This document shows, one piece after another, positions 22,614-35,840 of a DNA stretch of 43,414 nt. The position numbers and the translations under genes are program-made. The notes under the pieces were generated by a model, which saw only the letters and a list, made by a program, of their open reading frames with translations, did no database searches and was not told the DNA's origin. Positions within the stretch are counted from its first letter, which is position 1, and the number at the start of each line of letters is the position of its first letter. Source of the DNA: Octopus bimaculoides (taxonomy: Eukaryota); contig NC_068985.1 of assembly GCF_001194135.2 (NCBI RefSeq), forward strand, positions 23,892,277 to 23,935,690, given 5' to 3'.

Positions 22614-23290
22614 NNNNNNNNNNNNNNNNNNNNNNNNNNNNNNNNNNNNNNNNNNNNNNNNNNNNNNNNNNNNNNNNNNNNNNNNNNNNNNNNNNNNNNN
22701 NNNNNNNNNNNNNNNNNNNNNNNNNNNNNNNNNNNNNNNNNNNNNNNNNNNNNNNNNNNNNNNNNNNNNNNNNNNNNNNNNNNNNNNNNNNNNNNNNNNN
22801 NNNNNNNNNNNNNNNNNNNNNNNNNNNNNNNNNNNNNNNNNNNNNNNNNNNNNNNNNNNNNNNNNNNNNNNNNNNNNNNNNNNNNNATATATATATATAT
22901 AAATTCAAATTGCGATGAACGTAAACAAACAAACGAAGTTTGCTTTTAGAAACGTTGAGATGTCTTAGAAAGTTAAAGAAGTGATTTTAAATTCGCAAAC
23001 GCAGGATAATGCTAATAATATAGCCTGAACAGGATAAGCTACCCCTATTTTGCAGAAAAAAGTGTAGGCGGCCACGGAATTTTGTCAGTGAACAGATCAC
23101 GGTCTTAAAGCGACAAAAATATTTTGACAAATTAAATTTAAATGTTGAAGTGAATCTAATGGATTCAGTGTGTTTTTAAATGATTTATAAACACGTTTGT
23201 TGTGTTAGTACGAAAAGGTTTCGTAGAATGGGTCCATCAATAAATCTGTCACCATTGTATATGCCTCCATGTATCTATTCATTTATCTGT

Positions 23291-23650
23291 TTATTTGTTT
23301 CAGTCATCCGACTGTGGCCAAGCTGGAGTATCGTCTTTAGTTGAAAACATCGACTTATTCTTTGTAAGCCTAGTACTTATTCTATCGTTTTCTTTTGCCG
23401 AACCGCTAGGTTACGGAGATGAATACACACCAACATCAATTGTCAAGCAATGGAGGTGGTGGTGGTGGTGTTGGGAGACAAACACAGACACAAAAACAGA
23501 CACATGTATATATACATATCAGTTTCCGTCTTCCAAATCCACTCACAAGGCTTTTTTTTCGACCCGAGGCAATAGTGCCCAATGCGCCACGCAGTGGGAC
23601 TGAACCTGAAACAATGTGGTTGGGAAGCAAGCTTCTTACCACACAGCCAC
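23291..23650 (-). mobile_element. SINE type B, diverged, (GGT)n expansion
   Basis: Same ordered blocks as other B copies, from TTGTTTCAGTCAT to CTTACCACACAGCCAC. Confidence 0.9.
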
Positions 23651-23961
23651 GTGTATAGATTGTAAAGAAAAGTCTTATATCTAAGCGTAGGCTCGTGTAA
23701 GTGCACGGGTATGCAAACTTGTATATCCGGTGATGCATGCGCTCGTGCTGGTGAGCTAGTGTATGTGTCTGTATGCGTGTGTGTACGTGTAACAGCAATA
23801 TATTTGTTGTGTATTTTGGGAATGTTGCCCAAAAGCTTAGATGTCATCCGACTTAGGTAATTTCAAAGAATTGTGCATATTTCTGGAACATTCTGCTAAA
23901 TTTATCAGACATCCCAAATCTTATTTTCTAAGAGATTATTCGAATGCTGACGAATTTCCTG

Positions 23962-23998
<37 letters not shown>

Positions 23999-24138
23999 AT
24001 TTACGCACACAAATATACATGTAATTCATATACACATCTATTATGCGTGTGTATATATATTACATTGTTATTGGCTCATTTACATACATACATTAACGTA
24101 TATATTATACAAATCTGCAACAGCATTCTGTATACATA

Positions 24139-24192
<54 letters not shown>

Positions 24193-25188
24193 TCATCCAC
24201 CTGTATGTCTGTTCTTTCGTCCGTCCGTCCGTCTGTCTGTCTATCAATTTATCTATCTCTCTGTCTATATGTATGTATGCATGTATGTATGTATGTATGT
24301 ATACACGAATAATCAGTAACGGAACACGCCAGCAGAAACCAAAACAGGAAAGCATTTACTAATACCTTTGTATTAATATGCTTATATGATTATAAATGCA
24401 TGTCTATATCGTTTGTACGTAAGTATCTCTTTCACCAGAAAAGCACTCGCGCCGACTGCTCTGTATCTTGCGTTCTTTTATTCCACTTCCATGTATGTTC
24501 ACATACAAATTAGATTATATGCATGTATATCCTTTAAAAAGATAAATATCCTATTGTATATACATATACAAGCGTACGCATACATTCGTTTAAATCTACA
24601 TATCTTATTATTTGAGAGAAAGAGAGACGGAGATTATTTATTGCTAGCAAGGATACTTCTAGACAAGTACAAAGATGTAAAAAAGAATTTAGCCATCATC
24701 AGCGCCAGCACAAATGTACACACGTACACACATGCGTTCATAGAAACTCATACACGCACAATCATGCGTAAGCAAACACATGCACACACATTTACAGACA
24801 TACAAACGCGTGGATATCCATACGGAAACGCATACACGCGCTGACACACAAATATACACGCACAAACACACACACATACACATGGATAGAGATACAACAC
24901 ACAAAAATACACTCAGATATCCACAACCAAACCCACACACATACGCCCATACATACATACATACATACATATATGCATACATACATATATACACAGATAC
25001 ATACAGACATATATCTATATACATACACATATACCTACACATATACATACATACATCCACACATATACACATTCACACACTTAAAAGTACATGTATACAC
25101 ACTTACATGCACACTCGCATACACACATATGTATACAGATATTTATACACAGGCACGTACATGCATACATACACACATATTCACATAC

Positions 25189-25253
<65 letters not shown>

Positions 25254-25561
25254 CACACATATATACATAAATATATACATATACACATACATACATACAT
25301 ACACACATACATACATACATGCATACACGCATACATGCACGCATACATACATACACATATACACATACACACATACATACATACATATATACATACATGC
25401 ATACATGCATACATAGACACGTATACATAAAAGGAGACCAAAAGAAGGGACCAATTATATTCTTTTTCTAAAATTATTTCACTCAACATTTCTTCTAGAA
25501 GCTTCATTTATTGAACTTATTGGAAGGAAATGTTCATTAATATTACTTATATATATATACA

Positions 25562-25602
<41 letters not shown>

Positions 25603-26267
25603 NNNNNNNNNNNNNNNNNNNNNNNNNNNNNNNNNNNNNNNNNNNNNNNNNNNNNNNNNNNNNNNNNNNNNNNNNNNNNNNNNNNNNNNNNNNNNNNNNN
25701 NNNNNNNNNNNNNNNNNNNNNNNNNNNNNNNNNNNNNNNNNNNNNNNNNNNNNNNNNNNNNNNNNNNNNNNNNNNNNNNNNNNNNNNNNNNNNNNNNNNN
25801 NNNNNNNNNNNNNNNNNNNNNNNNNNNNNNNNNNNNNNNNNNNNNNNNNNNNNNNNNNNNNNNNNNNNNNNNNNNNNNNNNNNNNNNNNNNNNNNNNNNN
25901 NNNNNNNNNNNNNNNNNNNNNNNNNNNNNNNNNNNNNNNNNNNNNNNNNNNNNNNNNNNNNNNNNNNNNNNNNNNNNNNNNNNNNNNNNNNNNNNNNNNN
26001 NNNNNNNNNNNNNNNNNNNNNNNNNNNNNNNNNNNNNNNNNNNNNNNNNNNNNNNNNNNNNNNNNNNNNNNNNNNNNNNNNNNNNNNNNNNNNNNNNNNN
26101 NNNNNNNNNNNNNNNNNNNNNNNNNNNNNNNNNNNNNNNNNNNNNNNNNNNNNNNNNNNNNNNNNNNNNNNNNNNNNNNNNNNNNNNNNNNNNNNNNNNN
26201 NNNNNNNNNNNNNNNNNNNNNNNNNNNNNNNNNNNNNNNNNNNNNNNNNNNNNNNNNNNNNNNTATA

Positions 26268-26459
26268 AAGCAGCGAGCTGGCAGAATCGTTAGCACGCCG
26301 GGCGAAATGCTTAGCGGTATTTCGTCCGTCTTTATGTTGTGATTTCAAATTCCGCCGAGGTCGACTATGCCTTTCATCCTTTAGGGTCAATAAATTAAGT
26401 ACCAGTTGCGTACTGGGGCACAGCCCCAAAATTTCGGGCCTTTTGCCTAGATTAGAAAA

Positions 26460-26462
<3 letters not shown>
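26268..26462 (+). mobile_element. SINE type A in a TA-rich context, small internal deletion
   Basis: AAGCAGCGAGCTGGCAGAATCGTTAGCACGCCGGGCGAAATGC ... GCCTAGATTAGAAAAGGAT. Confidence 0.92.
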
Positions 26463-26498
<36 letters not shown>

Positions 26499-27055
26499 AA
26501 TACATATATATCATAAATACATATTTATATATATTATATAAATATATCTATATATTTATATCTATATCTATCTATCTATCTATCTATATATATATATATA
26601 TATATAAATTAATAAGATGTATATATATGTATATATGTATATATACACGATGGAGGCCTGCTACATGCACACATACACACAAATACACAGAAATATATAC
26701 GTCCCCACATCAGCATTGTTGCAGAAAAATAAAAATAAATAAAACCAAACAGTATAAAACTTCCAAATTTGGCAACAAAACAATACAATTAACAAGTCCA
26801 GTTATAGAACTACCATAGGATGTATTGGTTTCTTGGAAAATCTTTATTTGTTTCTGGAATGTTGTATTAGGTTTTCCTCGTTTGATTGTTGGGAGAAAAG
26901 GAAAGAGGCCATATTGGAAACGTATAAATGAACAAATAAATAAATATAAACAAGTTGAATCACCGATAATTTACGATCCAGGCTACATGATTATCTGTCT
27001 CTATGTCTATCTATGTTTACCTATCTATCTATCTATCTATCTATCTCTCTCTCTA

Positions 27056-27092
<37 letters not shown>

Positions 27093-27683
27093 GTCTATTT
27101 ATCCGTGTTATCTTCTGTGTTTTTGTGAGCAGTTCTGTGTGTACAAGATTTTACTTATTCATATGCATATGTATATATATATATATATATATATNNNNNN
27201 NNNNNNNNNNNNNNNNNNNNNNNNNNNNNNNNNNNNNNNNNNNNNNNNNNNNNNNNNNNNNNNNNNNNNNNNNNNNNNNNNNNNNNNNNNNNNNNNNNNN
27301 NNNNNNNNNNNNNNNNNNNNNNNNNNNNNNNNNNNNNNNNNNNNNNNNNNNNNNNNNNNNNNNNNNNNNNNNNNNNNNNNNNNNNNNNNNNNNNNNNNNN
27401 NNNNNNNNNNNNNNNNNNNNNNNNNNNNNNNNNNNNNNNNNNNNNNNNNNNNNNNNNNNNNNNNNNNNNNNNNNNNNNNNNNNNNNNNNNNNNNNNNNNN
27501 NNNNNNNNNNNNNNNNNNNNNNNNNNNNNNNNNNNNNNNNNNNNNNNNNNNNNNNNNNNNNNNNNNNNNNNNNNNNNNNNNNNNNNNNNNNNNNNNNNNN
27601 NNNNNNNNNNNNNNNNNNNNNNNNNNNNNNNNNNNNNNNNNNNNNNNNNNNNNNNNNNNNNNNNNNNNNNNNNNNNNNNNNNN

Positions 27684-27720
<37 letters not shown>

Positions 27721-27994
27721 GTGTGTGTGTGTGTACTTTGTAAATGAGAGAAACGGTAGATTCATTGACACTAAATTCACGGCCCAGAGGAAAAAAAGCT
27801 CCCACTATCATATATTTTCTTGTTCACCCCTAGCTTTTTCTAAAGACAAATACGCTCATCTGCATTGTGTGTTGGGATTAGGCCATCGGTACTATTTCGT
27901 AAATCCCAATAAAAAATACGGAGACTTGCAGTAATGTCATGTAAACACGAGAGATATTCAATGCATTTAGCCCGCAATAAACATAACATGGTTC

Positions 27995-28063
27995 AAAAAT
28001 TGGGCGAACCGTGTTATACCGGATCAGTGATGAACGAATCGGTGATAAACGAGGCCACATGTA
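27995..28063 (-). mobile_element. Possible decayed pogo/Tigger-type or MITE terminus
   Basis: Reverse complement TACATGTGGCCTCGTTTATCACCG ... CCGGTATAACACGGTTC resembles TA-flanked CAGT..ACCTCGTTATAACG-type termini; no partner end found. Confidence 0.35.
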
Positions 28064-28749
28064 TTACCTTTTGTGTTTATTTGCTTTCTACTTTAATTAT
28101 TTATTTAAGAACAATATCGTTTGAGACAGAATCCGAATAGAAATCAAATGCTTGTTTCATTTGATCCTTGACAGCTAAAATCCTAGTATCTCCGTGTTTT
28201 TGACTGCTGGTCATCTATACACTATGTACAGATGTTCTGCGGATTAAAACGCCTTCATATTTGTGCATAAGATAAATGAAAATTATAGTATCCTTTTAAT
28301 TTAGAGATGATATTGTTGGTTAATACCAAGATGGCTCTGATCTAACTGACCTATGATCAAATGCAAACGCATTCTGACCCTTGGTTTTAACAGAATACTG
28401 TTGACTGAACTACATAATATACAGGACTCTTTTTTTCTTTATGGCGGTAGGGAGTTGTTTCCTGTAGATTAGATAGATATTTCTACAGCTGGAGGGGCCT
28501 TTTTTTCTCGTTCAACCGCATAATCATAGGGACTCTCTGGCTGACGTACGTTCTCGTGCAGACCAACTTTTTTAGAAGTTTCAAAACAATTAAAAATATA
28601 CCAAAAAAAAAAAAAATGTAAAAGTGTTTGCGTGTGTCAGATAATCCATGCACACACTCACATGAAATATATTTTGATTGGTTGTGGCCAACGTTGGAGG
28701 ATAGAATCAACTTCTCTGGATAAAATGTACAGTTTTTAGACTTTCTACT

Positions 28750-28863
28750 ATATGTACGTGTAGGTGTGTATATATGTGCCAAAAAGTACATATATGTGTG
28801 TGCATATATATAATGTATAATACTATTTCACACACACACACACACATGTACTTGTCTATGTGA

Positions 28864-28934
<71 letters not shown>

Positions 28935-29226
28935 GTGTGTGTGTGTGTGTGTATGTGTGTGTGTGTGTGTGCGTGTGGGTGTGTTTGTACGTGCCAATAT
29001 GTACACATATGTGTGTGTGCATATATATAAAGCATAATACTATTTCACACACATTCACACGCATAGACACATATACTTGTATATGTGAATATACATGTAT
29101 ATATATGTACGTGTGGGTGTGTATGTATGTGCCAGTGTGTACATAAATGTGTGTGTGTGCATATATATAATGTATAATACTATTTCACATGCACACACGT
29201 AAATATACTTGTCTATGTGAACATAC

Positions 29227-29259
<33 letters not shown>

Positions 29260-29345
29260 GGTGTGTATGTATGTGCCAATATGTACATATGTGTGTGTGT
29301 GTGCATATATATAATGTATAATACTATTACACACACACTCGCACA
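28750..29345. repeat. Four-copy ~130-bp minisatellite with embedded TA/TG/CA microsatellites
   Basis: Conserved blocks GTGGGTGTGT..GT..GTGCCA, GTGCATATATATAA..ATAATACTATT and TACTTGT.TATGTGAA.ATACAT recur near 28750, 28970, 29105 and 29255. Confidence 0.88.
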
Positions 29346-30696
29346 CACACACACGCACGCACACACCCACGTTTACGTAAATGCATACGTATGTCCTTAA
29401 GCAGCTGTTAGGTGGGGAGTCGTGAGACGCAGAATTGTGCACGTACGCGGTTATATTAAAGTTTGAGCTTCGTGATAGACTCACATTGGCGAATTGGCTC
29501 TGTAACATAACACTGATCTAACAGGATTGTTAATGGGAGATGTTCAGTTGTAAGCTCTCCCCGCGTTATTAAAAACAACGAAACGAAGTTCGGGAGAGAT
29601 GTGAGAGGAGGAAGAAGAGGAAAAGAAGGAAGAGGAGATGGTGGTGGTGGTGGTGGTGGTGGTGTTGTTGTAAAAGATGGTGGTAGTGTTGGTGGTGAGA
29701 TGAACTTAGGGCTGACAGATTCGGAAATAAAATGCGATTTAGCAGAAAAATCACGAGGTTTTGAATGACGTTCATTAAAAGTGGAGAGTGTGCGAAGAGG
29801 AAGGAGCAAACTAGACAGCAGAGCGCCGACAACGACGACGGCGACGATGACCACGATGATGAGGATGATGATGATGATGATGATGATAGTGGTGTTGGTG
29901 ATGGTGATTATGAAGGTGGTGGTGATAGTGATGGTGGTATGGTGGGGGTAGGTGTGGTGATAATGGTGGTGATGATGATGATGATGATGATAGTGATGAT
30001 GACAGCAACAGCGCTACGTCGAGAGAGAAGAGGGCGAGAGAGACAGAGAGAAGAGAGAGACAGAGGGAGGGAGAGACAGAGGGAAGAGAGAGACAGAGGG
30101 AGGGAGAGACAGAGGGAGGGAGAGACAGAGAAGAGAATGTGACATTTAAGGTGAGAGACTTGAGAGAGAGAGAAAGACAGAGGATAAGAACAAGAGTGAG
30201 AAAAGTAAGAGAGTGAAAATGAAACGGTGGCGGGAGAGGTGGGGTAAAGAAAAGGAGAAAGAAAGACGAGAAGCGAAACTGGGAGATAGTAGAGAATGAC
30301 AGAGAGAGAGAGAGAGAGAGAGAGAGANNNNNNNNNNNNNNNNNNNNNNNNNNNNNNNNNNNNNNNNNNNNNNNNNNNNNNNNNNNNNNNNNNNNNNNNN
30401 NNNNNNNNNNNNNNNNNNNNNNNNNNNNNNNNNNNNNNNNNNNNNNNNNNNNNNNNNNNNNNNNNNNNNNNNNNNNNNNNNNNNNNNNNNNNNNNNNNNN
30501 NNNNNNNNNNNNNNNNNNNNNNNNNNNNNNNNNNNNNNNNNNNNGAGAAGGAGAGACATAAGAATTAAGATTAGTGAAGCAGAAGATTTGGAAGAAAATA
30601 TTAACGTAAATTAAGATAATATAACAGTAAAAGAAAATAATTGTTAAATCTGTTAGTTTCTAACCTCTGTTGGAGAGAAAAACAACCCTTCATATC

Positions 30697-31127
30697 CTTT
30701 TCTACTCTAGGCACAAGACCCGAAATTTTTGGGAAGGGGCCAGTCGATTAGATTGACCCCAGTACGCAATTGGTACTTAATTTATCGACCCCGAAACGAT
30801 GAAAGGCAAAGTCGACCTCAGTGGAATTTGAACTCAGAACGTAGCGGCAGACGAAATACCACTAAGCATTTCACCCAGCATACTAACGTTTCTTATTTCT
30901 TTATTGCCCACAAGGGGCTAAAGATAGAGGGGACAAAGAAGGACAGACAAAGGGATTAAGTCGATTACGTCGACCCCAGTACACCATCGGTGCTTAATTT
31001 ATCGACCCTGAAAGGATGAAAGGCAAAGTTGACCTCGGCAGAATTTGAACTCAGAACGTAGCGGCAGACGAAATAGCGCTAAGCATTTCGCCCGGCGTGC
31101 TAACGTTTCTGCCCAGCTCGCCACCTT
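30697..31127 (-). mobile_element. Dimeric SINE type A with 16-bp perfect TSD
   Basis: TSD AACAACCCTTCATATC at 30681-30696 and 31128-31143. The 5' monomer (31127 to ~30892) has a distinct tail (CTTAATCCCTTTGTCTGTCC ... CCCCTTGTGGGCAATAAAGAAATAAG) running into a 3' monomer that lacks its first ~15 nt and ends GTGCCTAGAGTAGAAAAG. Confidence 0.95.
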
Positions 31128-31188
31128 AACAACCCTTCATATCATCAAGACAAACACTAGACAGACACATATGTGCGTGTGTGTATGT

Positions 31189-31252
<64 letters not shown>

Positions 31253-31528
31253 TTATCTGTCTATGTTTGTCCGTTGTGCATCTTTATTTGGATGGTTGTT
31301 ATTCTGTTCTCAAGACAGTGGACGATAACACGCTCTCACCACATTGCCACATACTTTACTGCTTAGATTCCCTTATCTATGGCAATATGTATATAGCTTA
31401 GTAATTGACTGGTGGATTAATAACAAGATTAATCAGATTTCCCTATTGATTCATCTGTACAGACTTCATACAGATGTGGAGTTGTGTTTAGTATATAGAC
31501 GATTTTATCAGAAATGTAATGTGTGAGA

Positions 31529-31606
<78 letters not shown>

Positions 31607-31956
31607 AAGAAGAGGGGGGAATAAAACTTACTTCTTCACTCCCAAGAGAAAAAATAGATGTTGAAAATTGTGAGATATCACAAAATCAACGGAAGAGAAA
31701 GCGTATCAGATTAGGAAGAATGGAAGATAAAGAGATAATAAATAGCCACATGTTGAAGAATGATTAAAAACGAAACTAGAGAGAAGAAGGATGGACACGA
31801 ATAGGGGTAGGAGGATGCTGGAGAAACAAAAAGAAAAAAAAATATGCGGTTGTCAACTATGTAAGTTAACTAGAAAACATTTCTAAATAATTACCTCCTT
31901 GAATTGACTGTGTTACTATTAGCATACCGACAATTATCCGTAATCTGAATACAAAG

Positions 31957-32174
31957 GGCGGCGGGCTGACAGAATCGTTAGAGCTTCTGAAAAATGCGTA
32001 GCGGCTCTTCTGCACTTTGTGCTCTGATTTCAAGTCCCGCCGAGGCCAACTTTGCTTCTCATTCTTTGGGGGTCCGATGAAATACAGAACCAGCCAAACA
32101 CTAAGGTCGATGTAGTTCATGATCAACCTACCCCTAACATTTCTGGTCATGTTCCAAAAATCGCAAAGATTATT
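31957..32174 (+). mobile_element. Old, diverged SINE type A
   Basis: GGCGGCGGGCTGACAGAATCGTTAG head, CGCCGAGGCCAACTTTGCTTCTCATTC body, ends AAAGATTATT. Confidence 0.75.
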
Positions 32175-32339
32175 AAGTTGAAAATATGGATGACGTAAAA
32201 GTATTTACAAGAGGTAATTTCTAGTTAGAAAACGTGCTAAGAATCCTTCAACAATACATCAAAGACATAGAAAGCAGTAAGGAATTAAAGAAGATATTAA
32301 GTTCCTTGCCTGTTATGGTGGGCCAGGCTTGTAGTGCTT

Positions 32340-32438
32340 TGGCAGAATCGTTACACCGTCGGACCAAATGCTTGGTTGCATTTGTTATAGTTTTAAGCTG
32401 AAATCTTAGCAGTTTTGCCTTTCATCCTTCTGGAGTTT
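32340..32438 (+). mobile_element. Degenerate SINE type A fragment
   Basis: TGGCAGAATCGTTACACCGTCGGACCAAATGCTT ... TTTTGCCTTTCATCCTTC. Confidence 0.6.
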
Positions 32439-32954
32439 AGTGGCGGCCAATTTAAATTGGAGAAGAAATATGTAACTAGTTGTATACTATCTAAGAAAGA
32501 TGAAAAGTTTTATTCCATTGATAGAGAAGGAACATTTTTTAAATGTGAAATGTTCTATTCAATAATTATCTGAAATTAAACACGGATTTAATAAAAATGC
32601 AAGAGTAAAACGTTACGATTCATAAATGTTGCAGTCATGCAGATATCGAAAATCCATATGTTGGTCATGAGAATGTCTCTCTCACACACACACAGATAGA
32701 TAGACTAATACATTTATGCACACAAACAAACATGAATACAAATATGTGTATAGGTGTTTGTGTGGTTATATGTGTGTGTGTACTTGCTTCATTATTTTTA
32801 AAAAATAAATCTTGGCCTAATGACAAAACCCTTAAAGCACCCTCGAACGAATTTCTCCTCCACCGCTTTTTTTTTTTACTTTGGCAAATCTTCCATATAT
32901 CTTTATCTATCTATCTATCTATCTATCTACCTGTCTGTTTGTCGATCTAACTAT

Positions 32955-32991
<37 letters not shown>

Positions 32992-33579
32992 TATATGTAT
33001 ATATATATGTATGCGTGTGTATATAATTTTCTGTAAGTATATAATTGTGTATGAATATTATTATGTATGTGTATCTAATTATATGTGTGTATATACAATT
33101 GCATCATTTTTGTAAACTAAGTAAAATCAAAACATCGCGTGCGCCAACTATTATAAGCGCACACACGCACAGATTCACACACACATACACGCGCACACGC
33201 ACACACACACACACACACACACCCGCGCACACACACACACAATCCCAATATTATATCTGTAGAAAAGTGTTCTCTTCACGCACCCGTTCAAATAAGGTTA
33301 GCAACCGTTTTTCCTCTCTTAAACACACCGTTATTTACTTCTCGCGATTTTCTATTTTGAATTCCTTTCTCTAGGCATCCGTCCAAATTTATATTAATGG
33401 TGAAACTTCTTTCGATTGAATCGATATCAGGATATTATTAGCAGTTAATCTTTGAACACTTGAACCAACGACGGTACCTTTATATAATCATGCTGCCTGC
33501 TAGGAAGAGTACAGAGATGTCCTACAAATCATAACCCTTTAGTCATAAAAACGGGAAGGGCGCATTATGTTATATGATA

Positions 33580-33854
<275 letters not shown>

Positions 33855-33935
33855 TATATGCTCATGCACATATATGTATGAATATGTGTGCGCGTGTCTG
33901 GATGTATATGTATGTATGTATATTTCATCTTTTCC

Positions 33936-34011
33936 CTTTACTTGTTTCAGTCTTTGGACTGAAGCCAGAACCATGTGGTTGGCAAGCAAACTTATCACAC
34001 AGTTCACCTGC
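33936..34011 (-). mobile_element. SINE type B collapsed to fused tail plus head
   Basis: TTTACTTGTTTCAGTCTTTGGACTG (tail) continues directly as GGACTGAAGCCAGAACCATGTGGTTGGCAAGC (head). Confidence 0.75.
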
Positions 34012-34028
34012 GTATATATATCTATATC

Positions 34029-34065
<37 letters not shown>

Positions 34066-34257
34066 GTATGTATGTATGTATGTATGTATGTATGCATGCA
34101 TGTGCGTACGTACGTACGTATATGTATGTATGTGGGTATGTATGTATGTGTGTATGTATGTATGTTGATATATATATATAATTAATTATAAAGTAAATAA
34201 TTATACACTCATTTTTGCCGGTTTCATATGCACTCACCAATAATTCATCTGAGGGGA

Positions 34258-35190
34258 ACAAAATTTATCTTTCGAACAACTTTTTATTTTCCAAAGAAAC
34301 ACTTGCCAGCAAATATCTGGAACTGCGATGGGTACAAAAGTTGCCCCAACTTCGTCATGGCATTTTTAGAAGTTCAAATGTATGAACAGTGCCAAAACAG
34401 AGTACAGATTCAACTTTGGAAATGACACTTAGATGACTGCCTTACTCTTTGAACATACAACCCGGATGAATTCAATGATTTCGAATTCCTTACTCAATAG
34501 CATCAATAACAGTATTCAGTTAATCACAGAATTTAGCCATAACCGACATTTTCATTATTAAGAATGACACAACGTAGAGAATGGAATAGAATGCGTCAAA
34601 GCAATAACGATAGAATTATTAAGAAACGTCAAAAACACCTCAGATACACCCAAAACTATATTCAATTACAACATACTACCCAAGAAACATAGAAACCTTT
34701 AGCATTATCTTTCAGAACAAACCATCATTGAGACAAGATCTAAGAATGAAAAAGGAACAATCAAATGTAAAAGGCAACTAAAGTCCCTAAGAAAAACTAC
34801 TTACTAACGCGAAACTACCAACAGCTAAAATGTGTGGCCAATCCACTTGCGGAACTTGCGGAACCTTACTGAGGACACAACTTATAAGTTTACATAAGGA
34901 CAAGTTCTTAGGGTGAAAGATCAAATGCAGTAGATGTCAGGGAAAACTAATTCGGACAGACCAAACTCACTTCAAGAATGAGATTAAATATTACTCATCA
35001 ACACATACATGATCCCAAAACGAGACAAATTTCAATTAGTCAACATCCGGACATATGTGCGGAAACCGAGTCTCCAAAATTTCTTGTCTTCATCTCTATT
35101 AATGTGCAGACAATACTCCAGACCAAGCAAGAATTAATACGGAAAGTTCATGTATGAAAAAATGTAAACCACTTTTGAACAAGCTATAAA
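34258..35190 (+). mobile_element. Penelope-like element remnant (RT plus Cys linker plus GIY-YIG), many stops and frameshifts
   Basis: QQISGTAMGTKVAP (GTAMG from 34319); WK*HLDDC (HLDDC 34426-34440; YLDD motif); LLNSINNSIQL; KMCGQSTCGTC (MCGQSTCGTC 34830-34859); CSRC ... GQTKLTSRM ... HDPKTRQISISQH (from ~34925). Confidence 0.88.
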
Positions 35191-35840
35191 AAACATCAGA
35201 ATTACACAATTCTCCTTTTTCTATGAATTAATTATTGTAGAATGTTTGCTTGGGCTCGTTCTTAAGTATGCTAAACTTCATGTAGCAGTTATCATCTATT
35301 TTATTAATTTCACACCTCGTTATCTCACTTACACCACACCTGGTTAATAAAGCCGGGATGCTTTAACATGTCCAAAGGGATGGGACTCGCATTAATTGAT
35401 AACGTTATTCTCCGACAGAATAATCAACAATAAATATCTATAACACTTTTACGTAAACAATTATTATATCACTTATTCACATCTCTCTTTTCTAACTGTC
35501 ATATCTCATACTCAATAGACAAAAGCCTTTATGTGACCTTTTCGAGTGACTGTCAAACGCGCGTACTATATGAGATTTGAGCTATCAATCTGTGCGTCAA
35601 TGGATAGCGTTCTGAATCACATTCCTACTTTAAAAGCAAACTATTTTTATAACAACGACCAAAATAGACATAATTCGCGACACAATTCTATACACTTTTG
35701 AAAATCTAATGCGAAAATGATGAAGTGAATTCCCATATTTTAAAATACAATTCAATTCTATTTTAGTTCTATTATTTTTTCTATGCATTTTCAGCTTCAT
35801 TTCTTCTTTTTCTCCGCTTGTTTGTATTAATAACAATATA

